This document shows, piece by piece, positions 1-10,814 of a stretch of DNA of 64,000 nt. The stretch spans positions 2,790,001 to 2,854,000 of the forward strand of contig OZ361259.1 of assembly GCA_977018835.1 (NCBI GenBank), given 5' to 3'. The translations under genes were made by a program, and so were the position numbers. Position 1 is the first letter of the stretch, and every line of letters starts with the position of its first letter. Source of the DNA: Minutocellus sp. GHC0000111. Taxonomy: Eukaryota. Under the pieces are notes generated by a model. The model ran no database searches. It saw only the letters and a program-made list of their open reading frames with translations, and was not told the DNA's origin.

Positions 1-1401
1 TTGTTTCTCAGCCGCTGGTTTCATATCTTGGTCGTCGTCTTCGTCGTCAGAATCAAGAAGATCAATCACTTCTGGTTCGCATGCAGCCTTTTTAGGGTTG
101 CCTCCCTTGGCGGTAGCTTGGTCTTCCCAGCTTTGCCCAAGTCGACGCCCCTGACCAGAAAATGCCACAATATTCTCAATACTAGTAGTATCATCTTCCT
201 TCTTCTCGTCCTCATCTTCTTCGGCGTTACCATCCTCGTCGAACTTGATCGATGCTGCGGGAGCATCAATATCACCAGCCGCCCTGGTCATATTGTCCGA
301 TTCAAAGAGCACCTCGGACTTGGCGAATCGCAGCCGATGGACGCCACTTCTCTTCAGCTCCTTAATGAGTGCACATCCCATCTTCTCCTGCGCTTCAATC
401 TCGTCCTCCGTCAGCTCTCTACTGGCATGCTGATCCTGAGGCTTGAAGCGGTGGGACGCATCGATACGAGCATTGACGGCCCCAAAGTCTCGGTCTGTAT
501 AGGCCTTCTCTCGCTCCTGCTGAAGGCAAAGATCACTGAAGCACTTTGTGGAGCGGTAGATGACACCCCGACGGGCTTTGAACTTGTTCCACGAAGGAAA
601 CAGCCATTCTTCGGCAGGCACTTGCACAGCTCGCCCACCTGCCGATATGTACGACGATGTAGATTTGGGCACAGGGTGATTCGGATCGCAGTTGACACCA
701 TGTTGCCAATCGTACCGCGAGGGTCCACTCATCACGTACATACTATTTGGAGGCAACGTCATGGTCACCTGCCATAGCCGACGCTTGTTGTTGCCATAAC
801 TGCCCAGCTGAACCTCCTCGGCAGTCATCGAGCGGGTCCAATACGGATCGTCTGATACGGTCGTCGGATCCGGCGGAGTCCAATCCCAAGGCCGAGATGG
901 ATCCACGGGCTTGCCCTTGGGAGCGCAATGCTGAAAGGTGATGGTACAGGGTGCACCAAGGGTCGCGACAATGACGTATTCGCCCCACTTTCCCCTGCCA
1001 TCCCAGTGGCATGGAAATTGTGACCCAGGATTGTACGTCAAGCCATAGCCACAATCTGGGATTGTCGCCTGCTCGAAGAGACCACAGTCTCGCACGGCAT
1101 TGATGATGCGATGCCAGTTGTCGGGCCACAGTCCATTGATCCCCGCCTTCGTCGGGTGCAGGATCGTCTGCTGGATTGGCACGCTCTGCTGCGTGACAAA
1201 GGGTTGAGGATTTGTCTCAAAGGTCTTCTCCTCAAACAGACGCCGATGGACCGAAGGGCTGAACACATTGGCAGCTACGTGAAATCCTGGTACGCCCATG
1301 GCGTCCCTTTCGAGATGGAAGCGGCCATTGGATCCTAAGATCCGAGGAGTGCCGCTGCCGACGATTCGCTTCCTCTTCTTTGATTCGTTCATGCTCGACA
1401 T
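1..1401 (-). CDS. AlkB-family 2OG-Fe(II) dioxygenase with C-terminal SHP box and SUMO-interacting motif (3' end runs off the window)
   Basis: Manually translated open frame from ATG at 1401 (MSSMNESKKRKR...) to position 1 with no stop, so it is absent from the ORF track. Motifs: YNPGSQFPCHWD (HxD), LPPNSMYVMSGPSRYDWQHGV (distal His), RRGVIYR, then FSGQGRRLG and EVIDLLDSDDEDDD. Confidence 0.8.
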   Translation of the reverse strand, partial: MSSMNESKKRKRIVGSGTPRILGSNGRFHLERDAMGVPGFHVAANVFSPSVHRRLFEEKTFETNPQPFVTQQSVPIQQTILHPTKAGINGLWPDNWHRIINAVRDCGLFEQATIPDCGYGLTYNPGSQFPCHWDGRGKWGEYVIVATLGAPCTITFQHCAPKGKPVDPSRPWDWTPPDPTTVSDDPYWTRSMTAEEVQLGSYGNNKRRLWQVTMTLPPNSMYVMSGPSRYDWQHGVNCDPNHPVPKSTSSYISAGGRAVQVPAEEWLFPSWNKFKARRGVIYRSTKCFSDLCLQQEREKAYTDRDFGAVNARIDASHRFKPQDQHASRELTEDEIEAQEKMGCALIKELKRSGVHRLRFAKSEVLFESDNMTRAAGDIDAPAASIKFDEDGNAEEDEDEKKEDDTTSIENIVAFSGQGRRLGQSWEDQATAKGGNPKKAACEPEVIDLLDSDDEDDDQDMKPAAEKQ

Positions 1402-1818
1402 CGCATCGCACACGGGGGGCAATGGACGTGAATCCACACACAGATTGCGCAATGGCTCCTACTACCGGTAGTACCTGGTATGGTAGTCACCCAGCTCTCG
1501 CACTCTCGCAAGCAATATGAGCACAACATGACCGAGCGAGATGTGGCGGGCGGATGGACGGGTGGACGGGATGCGGGCTAATTCTGTATGACGAAAAATG
1601 ACGTCGTAAACGTTGCTTTGCGATGGCGAGCTGCCGAGCCGACATGGCTGGGCTCCCACAGGAGCCCCCAAGCCCTCCGAGGCTGCGCGTGGTGTACATA
1701 ATGTGCGCAATAGAGTCTAGCTAGCTTAGAAGCTACGTAGTAGGCTAGTCTAGTAGATCTGGAGAGTCCGACCGAAGAGTTTTCTTTTCTCATTCGCCCG
1801 CCCTCGTCTCATTCATTT

Positions 1819-3816
1819 TCATATTCCCCCCCCCCCTCCACCAACCAAACATAAAATCGAGGCAGCAATGGGCAGGCATAAATTATCAATTTGGCACGTA
1901 AAAGCTTCCAATAGGGTGAGTACAAGCAGTTGTGGAATGGCATAAAGCCCGGCCAGTGCAGCATCCCATGTTGCATTTGTACCAGTATCTGAAGTTGGAT
2001 CGAGGTAAGAAATCATCACCAAGCTCAAAACCATTGATAGAAACATCCCCAAAGATCCTTCAATGGTACGCTTCGTTCCTGGCCACTTGTGAGATCCCAT
2101 GTACACCCCTACAATGGCACCAACGGCATCGCCAACCCCCAGCACAATGATGCCCATTGCAGGTAGTAAACTAAGAATGTCCCCTGCTCCTGTACCGGCG
2201 ACATGATCAGGACCAGTGACTTTCTGTAGCACTTCATTCACCCATAACGGGAAGGCACAGCCAAAAATCATTGCCATGTGAGTAACCACGAATACACCGC
2301 CAGTTCGTTTACCTTGACTTTGTTGGCTAATTGAACGCGCCATCGCATCCTTCTCATCAAGAAAAGCCTCGTAAAATTGATTAAATGAAGAATCTCTCAG
2401 CTGATTATCATTCGATAGGATTGTCGCCCTCAAACTTTCCACCAAGAGAAGGGCTGAAAGCGCCACAGCATAGGAAAGTGACATCATGGTAGGAGCCAGT
2501 ACTGTCGGCGGTAAAAAGAGCAGCACTGCAACGAAATGGAAATATTTTCTTGATACCACAACGAGTTTGCGCCTTTTCGTGGATTCTGGCAAATTTCGGA
2601 GGTATGATGCCATCCGATGCGCTGGGAATGCAGCCAATGATAGAACTATTAGCCAGTATACCAAGAACACAAATCTTGGTGCGTTTTGAAAGGACTTTGG
2701 CATGGACCTATCGGGTGTCCGCAAGAAGAAAAACAACCACCATAGCGATGTCGGGATAAATTGTCGATTGGAGTATGCTGCATCTTCTGCATTCCATCGT
2801 CGAGCCACGATTTCAACACATGTCACAGTCACCGAAACTATGACGAAGAGTTTTGTGGCGCACACAAACATTACAGATTTGCCGTGAATTCTCTTTTTGG
2901 CAACCACATTGACAACACTTGATAGAACACAACCGATTATGCACCCAACGATACCACCATGAGAAATCGCAAGATGCATGTCTGAATCATCCAGCTTCGG
3001 TCGAGTTGGTTCAATATTTATAAAAAGAAATCCAAGCACTAGGAAGGATAACAACTGCGCAACACAACACCATTCCCCTGGTGTGAATGCAGCGTATACA
3101 GAACTGGAACTGGGATTCTGTCGGGAATAGAGGCAGATCAATATTGCCTGTAGGACGACACAAGGCACCACCACGGTGGTCATGGTTTCCCCGACGAGAA
3201 GCACAACATCATTCTTAGCGATCATCATAACTTTCATGATGACGAATAGAATGCATGAGGTAAGTAACGCATGATTCGTAGCACTGCCGCCCCTCTTGTT
3301 CCTCTGCAGTAATACTGCACTCATGGCAAAATTCAGGCTCGTCGTCGATGATGCAAGTGCAAACGGCTCAAGAAAGTCGATTCTTGGGATGTCTCTCAAA
3401 CCGCATTTCTCCGCAAATAAGTCCATAGAGCAGAATACAAGTGGCACCAAGGTCGAACCAATAACCAAGCCATCTGGATCGGCACCAATGGGAGCAGGGG
3501 AGAGCGTCGACGTCATCCGGCACTTCCACCAGACAAAGCAACAACTGACGAGAGATGATGCAGCAGTCAGGAGAGATGCGACGGACCACATGCGGTACTT
3601 GTGAGCACCAGCGTCGTTCAAATGATCCTGATCGTATCGGCAGGCTTCGTCCGCCGCCCACATCGAAATACCAGTAAGAACGGTTGCCTCCACCGGCCAT
3701 GGGCGGTTCGGTGACACTTCCGCGGAAGGTCTGTCCGTGACATCAGCGGATGATTTGTGGGATGTGCCGTTTGCTTTGCTCGCCCCTTTGCCAATCAAGG
3801 GCCGCTTCCTTCTCAT
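1819..3816 (-). CDS. DOLK: Dolichol kinase (SEC59/DOLK), polytopic membrane protein
   Basis: 665 aa with many TM segments; RKYFHF and GVGDAVGAIVG...KWPGTKRTIEGSLG cytidylyltransferase-family motifs; C-terminal QIDNLCLP. Confidence 0.92.
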   Translation of the reverse strand: MRRKRPLIGKGASKANGTSHKSSADVTDRPSAEVSPNRPWPVEATVLTGISMWAADEACRYDQDHLNDAGAHKYRMWSVASLLTAASSLVSCCFVWWKCRMTSTLSPAPIGADPDGLVIGSTLVPLVFCSMDLFAEKCGLRDIPRIDFLEPFALASSTTSLNFAMSAVLLQRNKRGGSATNHALLTSCILFVIMKVMMIAKNDVVLLVGETMTTVVVPCVVLQAILICLYSRQNPSSSSVYAAFTPGEWCCVAQLLSFLVLGFLFINIEPTRPKLDDSDMHLAISHGGIVGCIIGCVLSSVVNVVAKKRIHGKSVMFVCATKLFVIVSVTVTCVEIVARRWNAEDAAYSNRQFIPTSLWWLFFFLRTPDRSMPKSFQNAPRFVFLVYWLIVLSLAAFPAHRMASYLRNLPESTKRRKLVVVSRKYFHFVAVLLFLPPTVLAPTMMSLSYAVALSALLLVESLRATILSNDNQLRDSSFNQFYEAFLDEKDAMARSISQQSQGKRTGGVFVVTHMAMIFGCAFPLWVNEVLQKVTGPDHVAGTGAGDILSLLPAMGIIVLGVGDAVGAIVGVYMGSHKWPGTKRTIEGSLGMFLSMVLSLVMISYLDPTSDTGTNATWDAALAGLYAIPQLLVLTLLEAFTCQIDNLCLPIAASILCLVGGGGGGI

Positions 3817-3829
3817 GGCGGAATGCCTC

Positions 3830-3990
3830 CTACTACGTAGAGCGCCTAGCTAGCTATTACTACGTAGTACGTCAGTAGCAAGCCGGAGCTCCGACACGCA
3901 AGTGACCGCCAGGTTGCTTCGCATGCTTCCACCGCTACTAGGCCTACGTAGGCCTACGTAGCTACTCGCAGGCCTCTGCTAGCTACGTGG
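3830..3990. repeat. Cluster of CTACGTAG/CTAG palindromes upstream of DOLK
   Basis: CTACGTAG at 3833, 3860, 3944 and 3954; 18-bp perfect palindrome TAGGCCTACGTAGGCCTA at 3939-3956. Confidence 0.85.
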
Positions 3991-4868
3991 TAAGACAGCC
4001 AGTCGTCACCGCTTGGAGGGTGGGCGCGGCCCATCTAGCAACAAGAGGGTGTGAGTTTTTTTTGTTCCAATAAACTAGGTCAACTTCCAACAATTGAAGG
4101 TGGTAGCGCTCGATCTTGCCGTTCACATGCTGTCTTTTGAGCCACATCTCTCACTTCCTTCCCTCTCAAAACACGTCGCACAACACTCGGCCTGCTTTTT
4201 CCGGCTTTGTCGACGATTCCTTTGCTCTGTGCTTCTGCTCGCATTCAACTCATCGGGGCACCCGGGCCATCTGCTGTAGCGCAACTATCCACACGAATCT
4301 GACTGCTGAGTGCCCCGGAACAAAGGAAATCTAGCAAACCATCTCTGTGTGCGCAGAGCCCCCTCCCTGAGCTTGCGTTAGCCACTAGAACATCACCGCA
4401 TCAGCACTAAACACTAAACACGCATTGAACGCGTGCTCAGGCTTTTTATACACCTCGCCTCTAGCTAGCTAGGTAGGCCTAGCTAGCACCGGCGCGGGCG
4501 GCGGCGGCGGCACGCCGCCGCAAACGTCGCCGACGGCGAAAAAACTGAAAGCACGAAAAACGACCACACAATCTGCCGGTGCTGTTGTTGGAAAGTAGAC
4601 GAATACACGTTGTATATCATTGGAAGGGTGCAGGTGATCACCGCGGCACGTTGCATTGTTATTACAATAAATTCGGCCGGTGATCGATCGGATTACTCGT
4701 CGGCAACTCACATATTGCTAGTCGACTAAAAGCCAAGGCGTCGTTTCAGCGTGGAAAGAATTTTGGCGTTTTCAAGACCTGCTCGCCTGTGACTTGGAAG
4801 AGACGCGCACTACTGCTACTGCAATTGTAATACACAGCAGCGATTTCAACACGCAAAAAATAAATAAT

Positions 4869-5285
4869 ATGGAGAGCCAAGAAAGAAGAGACGATAGTTT
4901 CGTGACGACGACAACCGCTTCAACGTCTCAGACTACCAACAACAATAATCCCGGCGTGGCCAAGCGGTCTCTGTTGGATGAATCAGCAACATCTACTTCA
5001 TCCCAACGGTTGAGCGACTCTGTTTTGCAGAAGGCTAGAGCAAAGATAGTGCAGGCTGAAGAAGATCGAAAACAATCCAAGCTACCGAAGCGATTAATAC
5101 CATTGGTGGAGATGTGCTTGCCGCCGGGCTATCGGTTATCGTCATTTGAAGAAGATGCACAAAAGACATATCAAAAGGTTTTTGGTTCCTGTACATCGTC
5201 AGCTTGTTTAGGGAATGTGGATGCGGGGTATGTAGATCGGAAAGATGAAGATGGAGCATTGTTTGAAGACGCTGAGGGGAGGTAG
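4869..5285 (+). CDS. Hypothetical protein (about 138 aa)
   Basis: ATG at 4869 (MESQERRDD...) inside the 4794-5285 ORF, followed by an AT-rich 3' region; no recognisable domain. Confidence 0.45.
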   Translation: MESQERRDDSFVTTTTASTSQTTNNNNPGVAKRSLLDESATSTSSQRLSDSVLQKARAKIVQAEEDRKQSKLPKRLIPLVEMCLPPGYRLSSFEEDAQKTYQKVFGSCTSSACLGNVDAGYVDRKDEDGALFEDAEGR

Positions 5286-5530
5286 TTGTGGTTGTGATTT
5301 GTTGCTTGCGTGTTATTCATAAAAAATTCGCCACGCAAATTTGCAAATTGTTTCAATAAAATATACTCGTCTTCTACTAGTAGTTTCATCGTCACTATCT
5401 CACCAACGGGAGGGAAATTTCGATATTGACAAGTAGATATATACAAATTTACAAGTATTGAAATGATGGAGAGTGTTTTGTGTGAATTACAATAATGAGA
5501 AGACATCCCACGTGTAAGCACTGTGTGTTT

Positions 5531-6509
5531 TCAACATCCAGTCTGTTCAAGCATCGCCACGATCACATCGCCGTCCTCCAATTCCAGCATCTGGACTGTC
5601 TGGGTAGAAAAATGACTGATTCTTCCTCCGCTGAAAAAGAATCGGAGAGCTCCTATATCGATGCCTGTTCGATCGGTATACGTCTTGAAAATCTTTCTCA
5701 TTTTTGTCGAGGGCGACACTTTGAAATGGGTTTCCGCCAGTTTTTCGTCTCTGATATAATTGTGATCCGTTCTCCTGCGTTTTCAGCCTGCTGCCTGTTA
5801 GACCCAGAGTAGCCATTTTTCCAGTATTCTCACCCTCTTGTCGTCGCTTACGATCCCACGAGTTGTCATCTAAGTGACAAGTGGCTTCGCTATCTCCAGT
5901 AGCATTACCCTTAGACTCGCCAAAATGACCATCATCGGACTTATCATCATCATCATCATCATCATCACCATCATCATCGTCTGTAGTATCCTCTTTTATC
6001 CGTCGGCGCTTTCGAAATGGGGACTCGTTATCTGACCCTACTTTGTTTTCGCAGCCCCCAGCACTACTAGTATCACCTCCACTACCAAAATTCCACACCT
6101 CCTCGTCCATCTCTCCACCTAGCTGGTTTCGGAGGATGTGCTTGGTCGTCTCCACCCTGCGTTTCCGGGCGTCGTCATTGAGCATACCATCCGGGTCGTG
6201 GCCCACCAGGTGACCGCAGAGCAATTCGCAATCCTTGATGTAGTTGGTGACATCCAGGATGTGCATATGCCACATCTTATCGACCGGGATGGAAGGCGAT
6301 AGTATCTTGTGGTCCCAATCGGCGGAGAGGTCTTTCTTGAGTTGGAGGAATTTCTTGTAACCTTTCAAGACTTGTGCGGCATACTTGTCGGACCAGCCGT
6401 ACTCGCGAATACAGCGCTTCACCAGAGGTACCGAGCCATATTCCCACCAGTTGGCAACTGCGTCGTCGTGGCCGGACGCGGATGCCGGCGAGGAGCTTGA
6501 GGTCGACAT
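5531..6509 (-). CDS. Glycine-rich-domain (GRDP/DUF1399-like) protein with C-terminal SUMO-like domain; frame-disrupted near 5740-5820
   Basis: YKKFLQLK...LSPSIPVDKMWHMHILD...YIKDC...GHDP motif; acidic linker; out-of-frame tail ERITII/RDEKLAETHFKVSPSTKMRKIFKTY...LRFFFSG...LELEDGDVIVAMLEQTGC* resembles SUMO/Rad60-SLD. Confidence 0.72.
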
Positions 6510-6646
6510 GGTCGGCGTTGGTGTGGTTGAAGTCAAGTGTGCTTGCGATTGGCGCGGCCTGGCTGATGGCTGTGGCGCCGTGTGGCGGGCCCGCCACACA
6601 ACGCCTGGGTCTGCCCCTTTCATTTTTGCCGGACCAGCATGAGAGC

Positions 6647-7702
6647 ATGAGGCACCGAACGTCGCGTGCTATCCTCGCTTCCCTTGAGCGCCACTTACAC
6701 GATGCACCATCGATCACATCGCAACTCTCCGCGAAGGGATTTGCTCCCTCAGGCCATCGGCTGCTCACAAAGGAGGCCGTCGAGCGAGTGAGAGCTCGTC
6801 TCCCTCGATTATTCCGAGGCGAATTCGACACGGGGAACTATCCCGACGAATGGCACTGGAGAGAGGGAATTAGCAAGGAGAATGCGGCACGAGAAATCTG
6901 CAACGCGTGGAAGTCCGATAGGACTATTGCATCGGTGGTGCTGAATGAGGACTTGGGTCGATTGGTGGCCAATGTGATGGGCTGGGATAGTGTTCGTATC
7001 GCACAAGACGACGTGGTGTGGAAACCACCATCTGCTCATCATCAGGACCGGCCACAAAAGACGCAACGTATTGATACTGTGGGATTTCACCAAGATTCTG
7101 CGTACATATCAGCTCAGTTCGAACCATATGAAAACAATTCAGTCACCGTATGGATGGCCTTGGACGATGCCGACGAAGAGAATGGGTGTGTTGAATATGC
7201 CGTTGGATCTCACAAGTGGAGGCCGCTTCTACATTGCGCTGGGACCACTTCCCAAAAAGAGGGAGAAACTGATGATAACGGATCTGAGATATCATCTTTT
7301 CACTCGGCAGATGAAACTTCGTATCGCAAGGGTATATCTGCAGCTGCGAGTCTTGCTGGATGTGACAATGCCCAAGAATTGATTGAAACAGCACCAGTGA
7401 AAGAGGGTCGTGCAATCTTCCATCATCAAGATGCGTGGCATGGCAGTGGGCCAAATTCATCGTTTTCGAAACATCGCCGTGCCTTGGTGGGGCACTATAT
7501 TCGTGGTGATGTAGCATTTGTCGAGAGTAAGGGCAACGGGAATGGCCCATTTGGAAATACGAGCTACATCTATGGCAGATATCGAAAGTACAATTCTGTG
7601 GATGTCGATGAGACATTCTTTCCCATACTTTATGGGCCAGGGGGTGGCAGGGGCCTTTCGAGGACAGAATGGGTTGATGAATACATACACCAAGTTGAAT
7701 GA
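6647..7702 (+). CDS. Phytanoyl-CoA dioxygenase (PhyH) family 2OG-Fe(II) oxygenase
   Basis: GFHQDSAY (HxD), VTVWMALDDADEENGCVEYAVGSHKW, WHGSGPN...RRA. Start placed at ATG 6647 because the upstream part of the ORF overlaps the divergent gene. Confidence 0.9.
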   Translation: MRHRTSRAILASLERHLHDAPSITSQLSAKGFAPSGHRLLTKEAVERVRARLPRLFRGEFDTGNYPDEWHWREGISKENAAREICNAWKSDRTIASVVLNEDLGRLVANVMGWDSVRIAQDDVVWKPPSAHHQDRPQKTQRIDTVGFHQDSAYISAQFEPYENNSVTVWMALDDADEENGCVEYAVGSHKWRPLLHCAGTTSQKEGETDDNGSEISSFHSADETSYRKGISAAASLAGCDNAQELIETAPVKEGRAIFHHQDAWHGSGPNSSFSKHRRALVGHYIRGDVAFVESKGNGNGPFGNTSYIYGRYRKYNSVDVDETFFPILYGPGGGRGLSRTEWVDEYIHQVE

Positions 7703-7726
7703 GTAAGCTTAGTGCTAGCTCTTATG

Positions 7727-8860
7727 CTATAAGTACGCATCGAACGATTGTGATAAGGCATCCGCCTCCCAAATCTGAGAAAATTGTAGGAATGATTCGT
7801 CGAATAAATTCAATGCATAAAGTTCGGCGTCGATGCTATCACCAGGCGCGGAATGTACCTCTCCATTCTCAAATAGAAGACATTCGCCACGCTTCAACTC
7901 AACCCAACCAGCTTCTTCTTCACCGCTATCGACCAGAGGCTTGGTAGCAATCACTGCTACTTGGCCTTGACCTCCCTCCTTCAATTTGTAATGAAGCCCA
8001 TTCCATGTTCTACTTCCTTCCCGCCGCCCTGGCCAAGAGTATGCGATCTGTGTTTGTTCTCCAAATCCGAGTAGAAAGTTCAATATCGTTGATTTGCTGT
8101 CGTGCGATACAATTTCTTGGCAAAGGTTGTTGATGTATTCATGAAGTACCGGCAAAGGAGGCATTGAGCTAAACCTGGCATTGACGCTATTGAGAATGGC
8201 GCAAAAGAGCGCCTCAGAGTCCGTTTCACCAATCGGCTCAAAGACCTTTCTCCCTCGTGCAGTGCCACCAAGCCAAACGTTTGCTTTGTGAGTGCCCTTG
8301 AACATTGGGACGTCTCCGTTATGCGCGAATACCCAATCCTTCCCAAATAACTGTCGTGAGAATGGATGGACATTGTCCATACAAACCGAACCTTCGGTAG
8401 CAAATCGAATGTGAGATATTACGTTTTGTGACCTCAATTCTGAGATCGACTTGGCAATGGGAGAGGACGCGGCAGCTTCTGAATCACGCAGGGCCCGCAA
8501 TGCCTTGCTCTTGTCGCAGTAGTAGGCCAAGCCCCATCCATGTGAGTGGATGTCAGTGTCGCCCCCTCGTCGTGCCAGTTTCTGAAATGAAGTGGTACAA
8601 TCATACGGTGAGTAGGAATTGATGCCCAGAAGCTGACAGTCGAGAGATGTTTTGAATCGGCGAGCAAAGGGTCGGCGCGTTACTTTGGAATCAGAAAAGC
8701 CTTCGATGGTTCGCAAGGATATCAAGAGTAGCAATGTGAACCATACTGACGATGATGCCAATGGATCTTTTTTTGCGCCAAACGAGAATTGTCGAGAGAA
8801 AGCAGATCTCTTGCCTTCAGCAGCTTGACGCTGCAATCGAATGTGGTCAGCACTCAGCAT
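7727..8860 (-). CDS. Class II glutamine amidotransferase (YafJ/EgtC-like Ntn hydrolase) with N-terminal targeting extension
   Basis: CQLLG, RGGDTDIHSHGWGLAYY, HIRFATEG, NVHPF, FAHNG and GETDSE motifs. Confidence 0.88.
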   Translation of the reverse strand: MLSADHIRLQRQAAEGKRSAFSRQFSFGAKKDPLASSSVWFTLLLLISLRTIEGFSDSKVTRRPFARRFKTSLDCQLLGINSYSPYDCTTSFQKLARRGGDTDIHSHGWGLAYYCDKSKALRALRDSEAAASSPIAKSISELRSQNVISHIRFATEGSVCMDNVHPFSRQLFGKDWVFAHNGDVPMFKGTHKANVWLGGTARGRKVFEPIGETDSEALFCAILNSVNARFSSMPPLPVLHEYINNLCQEIVSHDSKSTILNFLLGFGEQTQIAYSWPGRREGSRTWNGLHYKLKEGGQGQVAVIATKPLVDSGEEEAGWVELKRGECLLFENGEVHSAPGDSIDAELYALNLFDESFLQFSQIWEADALSQSFDAYL

Positions 8861-9174
8861 GGTGGCCAAGAGTCTGCTCGTTGTTATGGCGTATTTCAGG
8901 TTGGTGCGGGTCTATCTACTATTGCGTGTATGAATGGCATTGATGAAGGTTCTTTGGCGCATCCAATCGGATCAATTCTGGCTGTGCAGAATTCGGGTCG
9001 CAGAAAAAGCAGATGGACCGCTTGCGAGAATACGGGGGGACACCAATATCGGGTGCACGGGTGTTCCCCACAATCCGGATTGGTTGGTTATTTTTCAGCT
9101 TTTCAGCTCGCTCAACAAGTCTCGTCAAACGAGCATAGAGATAGTATGCATAGCAGCATACACGTAGCAGCAAG

Positions 9175-9801
9175 ATGCCGCCAACGCTAGCCCAATACAA
9201 CTGTTTCCATTCCATGCTCTGCATGCCTCCGACAGCAAAGGCATGCTGTGAATCCTTCGATGGACAGATAGTTTTCATGCCGGCCAACACGCCGGCATCC
9301 CTCTCGGATTCGACCGACAAATTGAGCATCGTCACATACTACATATTGTGTGCCCTGAGTTGCACCACGTTATCCACCCAGCGAGGTCTGACGGACATTG
9401 TTGATTGCCGAGAGATTGAGGGAAAGGATCAGGCGGTGTTAATGAAGGATGGTCAGCTTTCCCCTCTTCTCACGTCGATGAGGAACGATTCGATATCGGT
9501 GTCATTGGAAGCCCTGCAATACGTGGCGACGCAAGCCAACGTGGCTGACATATCACAATTTAGGATTGTTCGACGATTTGAGTACGATTTCAGACTACCT
9601 GGCTTCAATGTTATAATGATACATCTTCAGAATGAAACCAACGGACCTCTGCACCTCATCGAAGTGTATGACTGCCGCCGCCCACTGGTGCGGAATATAG
9701 CTTCGATCATAGTTGCCCTATTTGATTTGATCTGGCCATTTGTTGATACAATGCTCCGGATTATTGGCATGGGGAGGAAGAAAATCTCAAAGGAGGACTA
9801 A
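9175..9801 (+). CDS. Hypothetical protein
   Basis: 208-aa ORF followed by an AT-rich 3' region; no motif recognised; start uncertain. Confidence 0.4.
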   Translation: MPPTLAQYNCFHSMLCMPPTAKACCESFDGQIVFMPANTPASLSDSTDKLSIVTYYILCALSCTTLSTQRGLTDIVDCREIEGKDQAVLMKDGQLSPLLTSMRNDSISVSLEALQYVATQANVADISQFRIVRRFEYDFRLPGFNVIMIHLQNETNGPLHLIEVYDCRRPLVRNIASIIVALFDLIWPFVDTMLRIIGMGRKKISKED

Positions 9802-9946
9802 ACAACCGAATCTATTCTTACTCAGAGAATCTCAAATTCAATTCCTCATTGATATTTAGTTCGTTTACAGGTCGTTTCATTACTACTCTATCGTTTCTAT
9901 CACAATGTCCACTTATCAAAACATAAACTGAAGCTCCGCTACATTC

Positions 9947-10814
9947 TCATGTCAATTCACCAGACTCGTCGGGCTTCAAGAAGCCACCGGGAAGCGTCTT
10001 CCCTGAACTACTGCCCTGGGCGCTGTGGAATCGATCAGCGCCAATGAAACCCCCGACGTTCGACGACGGATCAACAGCGAAAGTTTGTGGTCGCATTGCT
10101 TCCTGTCGAATGTCCTTTTCATTCTCCGTCAGCAACTCCTCCGAATATTTATATACTAATGCCGCGTAGCTTCCATACACTAATGTGAGGAATACACACA
10201 TTATGCAAAATGCCGTAGATGATCGTTCTATCTCGACCTCCTGCGCGCCTTCTCCCTCCTCGTGCCCCTCACCGTCACCATATGTTTTATCTCGTATCTG
10301 TGCGAGAAGATATTGAATGGTTGGTGGGATTAGAATGTGGAGGAACAGACAAAATTGGTCCAACATTGTTGCGAAAGAACGGAATCCATCCACATCATTG
10401 ACTCACCTTGAATTCGCCGAATAGGACCGCCGATACCAAACATATGTTGGCGAACATGAACAAGCTCCCGATGAACGTGCCCAGACTCAGCGGCGTCGTT
10501 CGATGGACGGCGCCAGGGAAGCACCAGTAATACTGCCCCGTGGGACTTGTTATGCCCAACACCACCATCCCCACGAAGGCCATTATCAATGCCAAGACCC
10601 CCGTCCAAAGTGCCGTGAATATCAAGGCCCGGGAGGTTACCGACACGTCCGCCGAGCTGCCATTCTGGTAGTTGTCCTCCGCGTGGTCGTAGTAGTCCTC
10701 CGCCAACTCTTTGCTTTGGATGGTAAACAATGCTGCCGTCACAAAGGCCGTTAACGTGAGGAGGGACACCATCGACCACCCAAAGGCCAGCATCGCTCGT
10801 TTGGACTGAAACAT
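9947..10814 (-). CDS. Two-exon multi-pass (about 4 TM) membrane protein
   Basis: Exons 10814-10407 and 10297-9947; GTGAG...CAG intron 10406-10298 joins ...LFGEFK to IRDKTYG... in frame; several hydrophobic helices. Confidence 0.75.

Noticed and set aside
1..777. 258-aa plus-strand ORF
   Set aside because: Antisense shadow of the AlkB-like gene on the minus strand.
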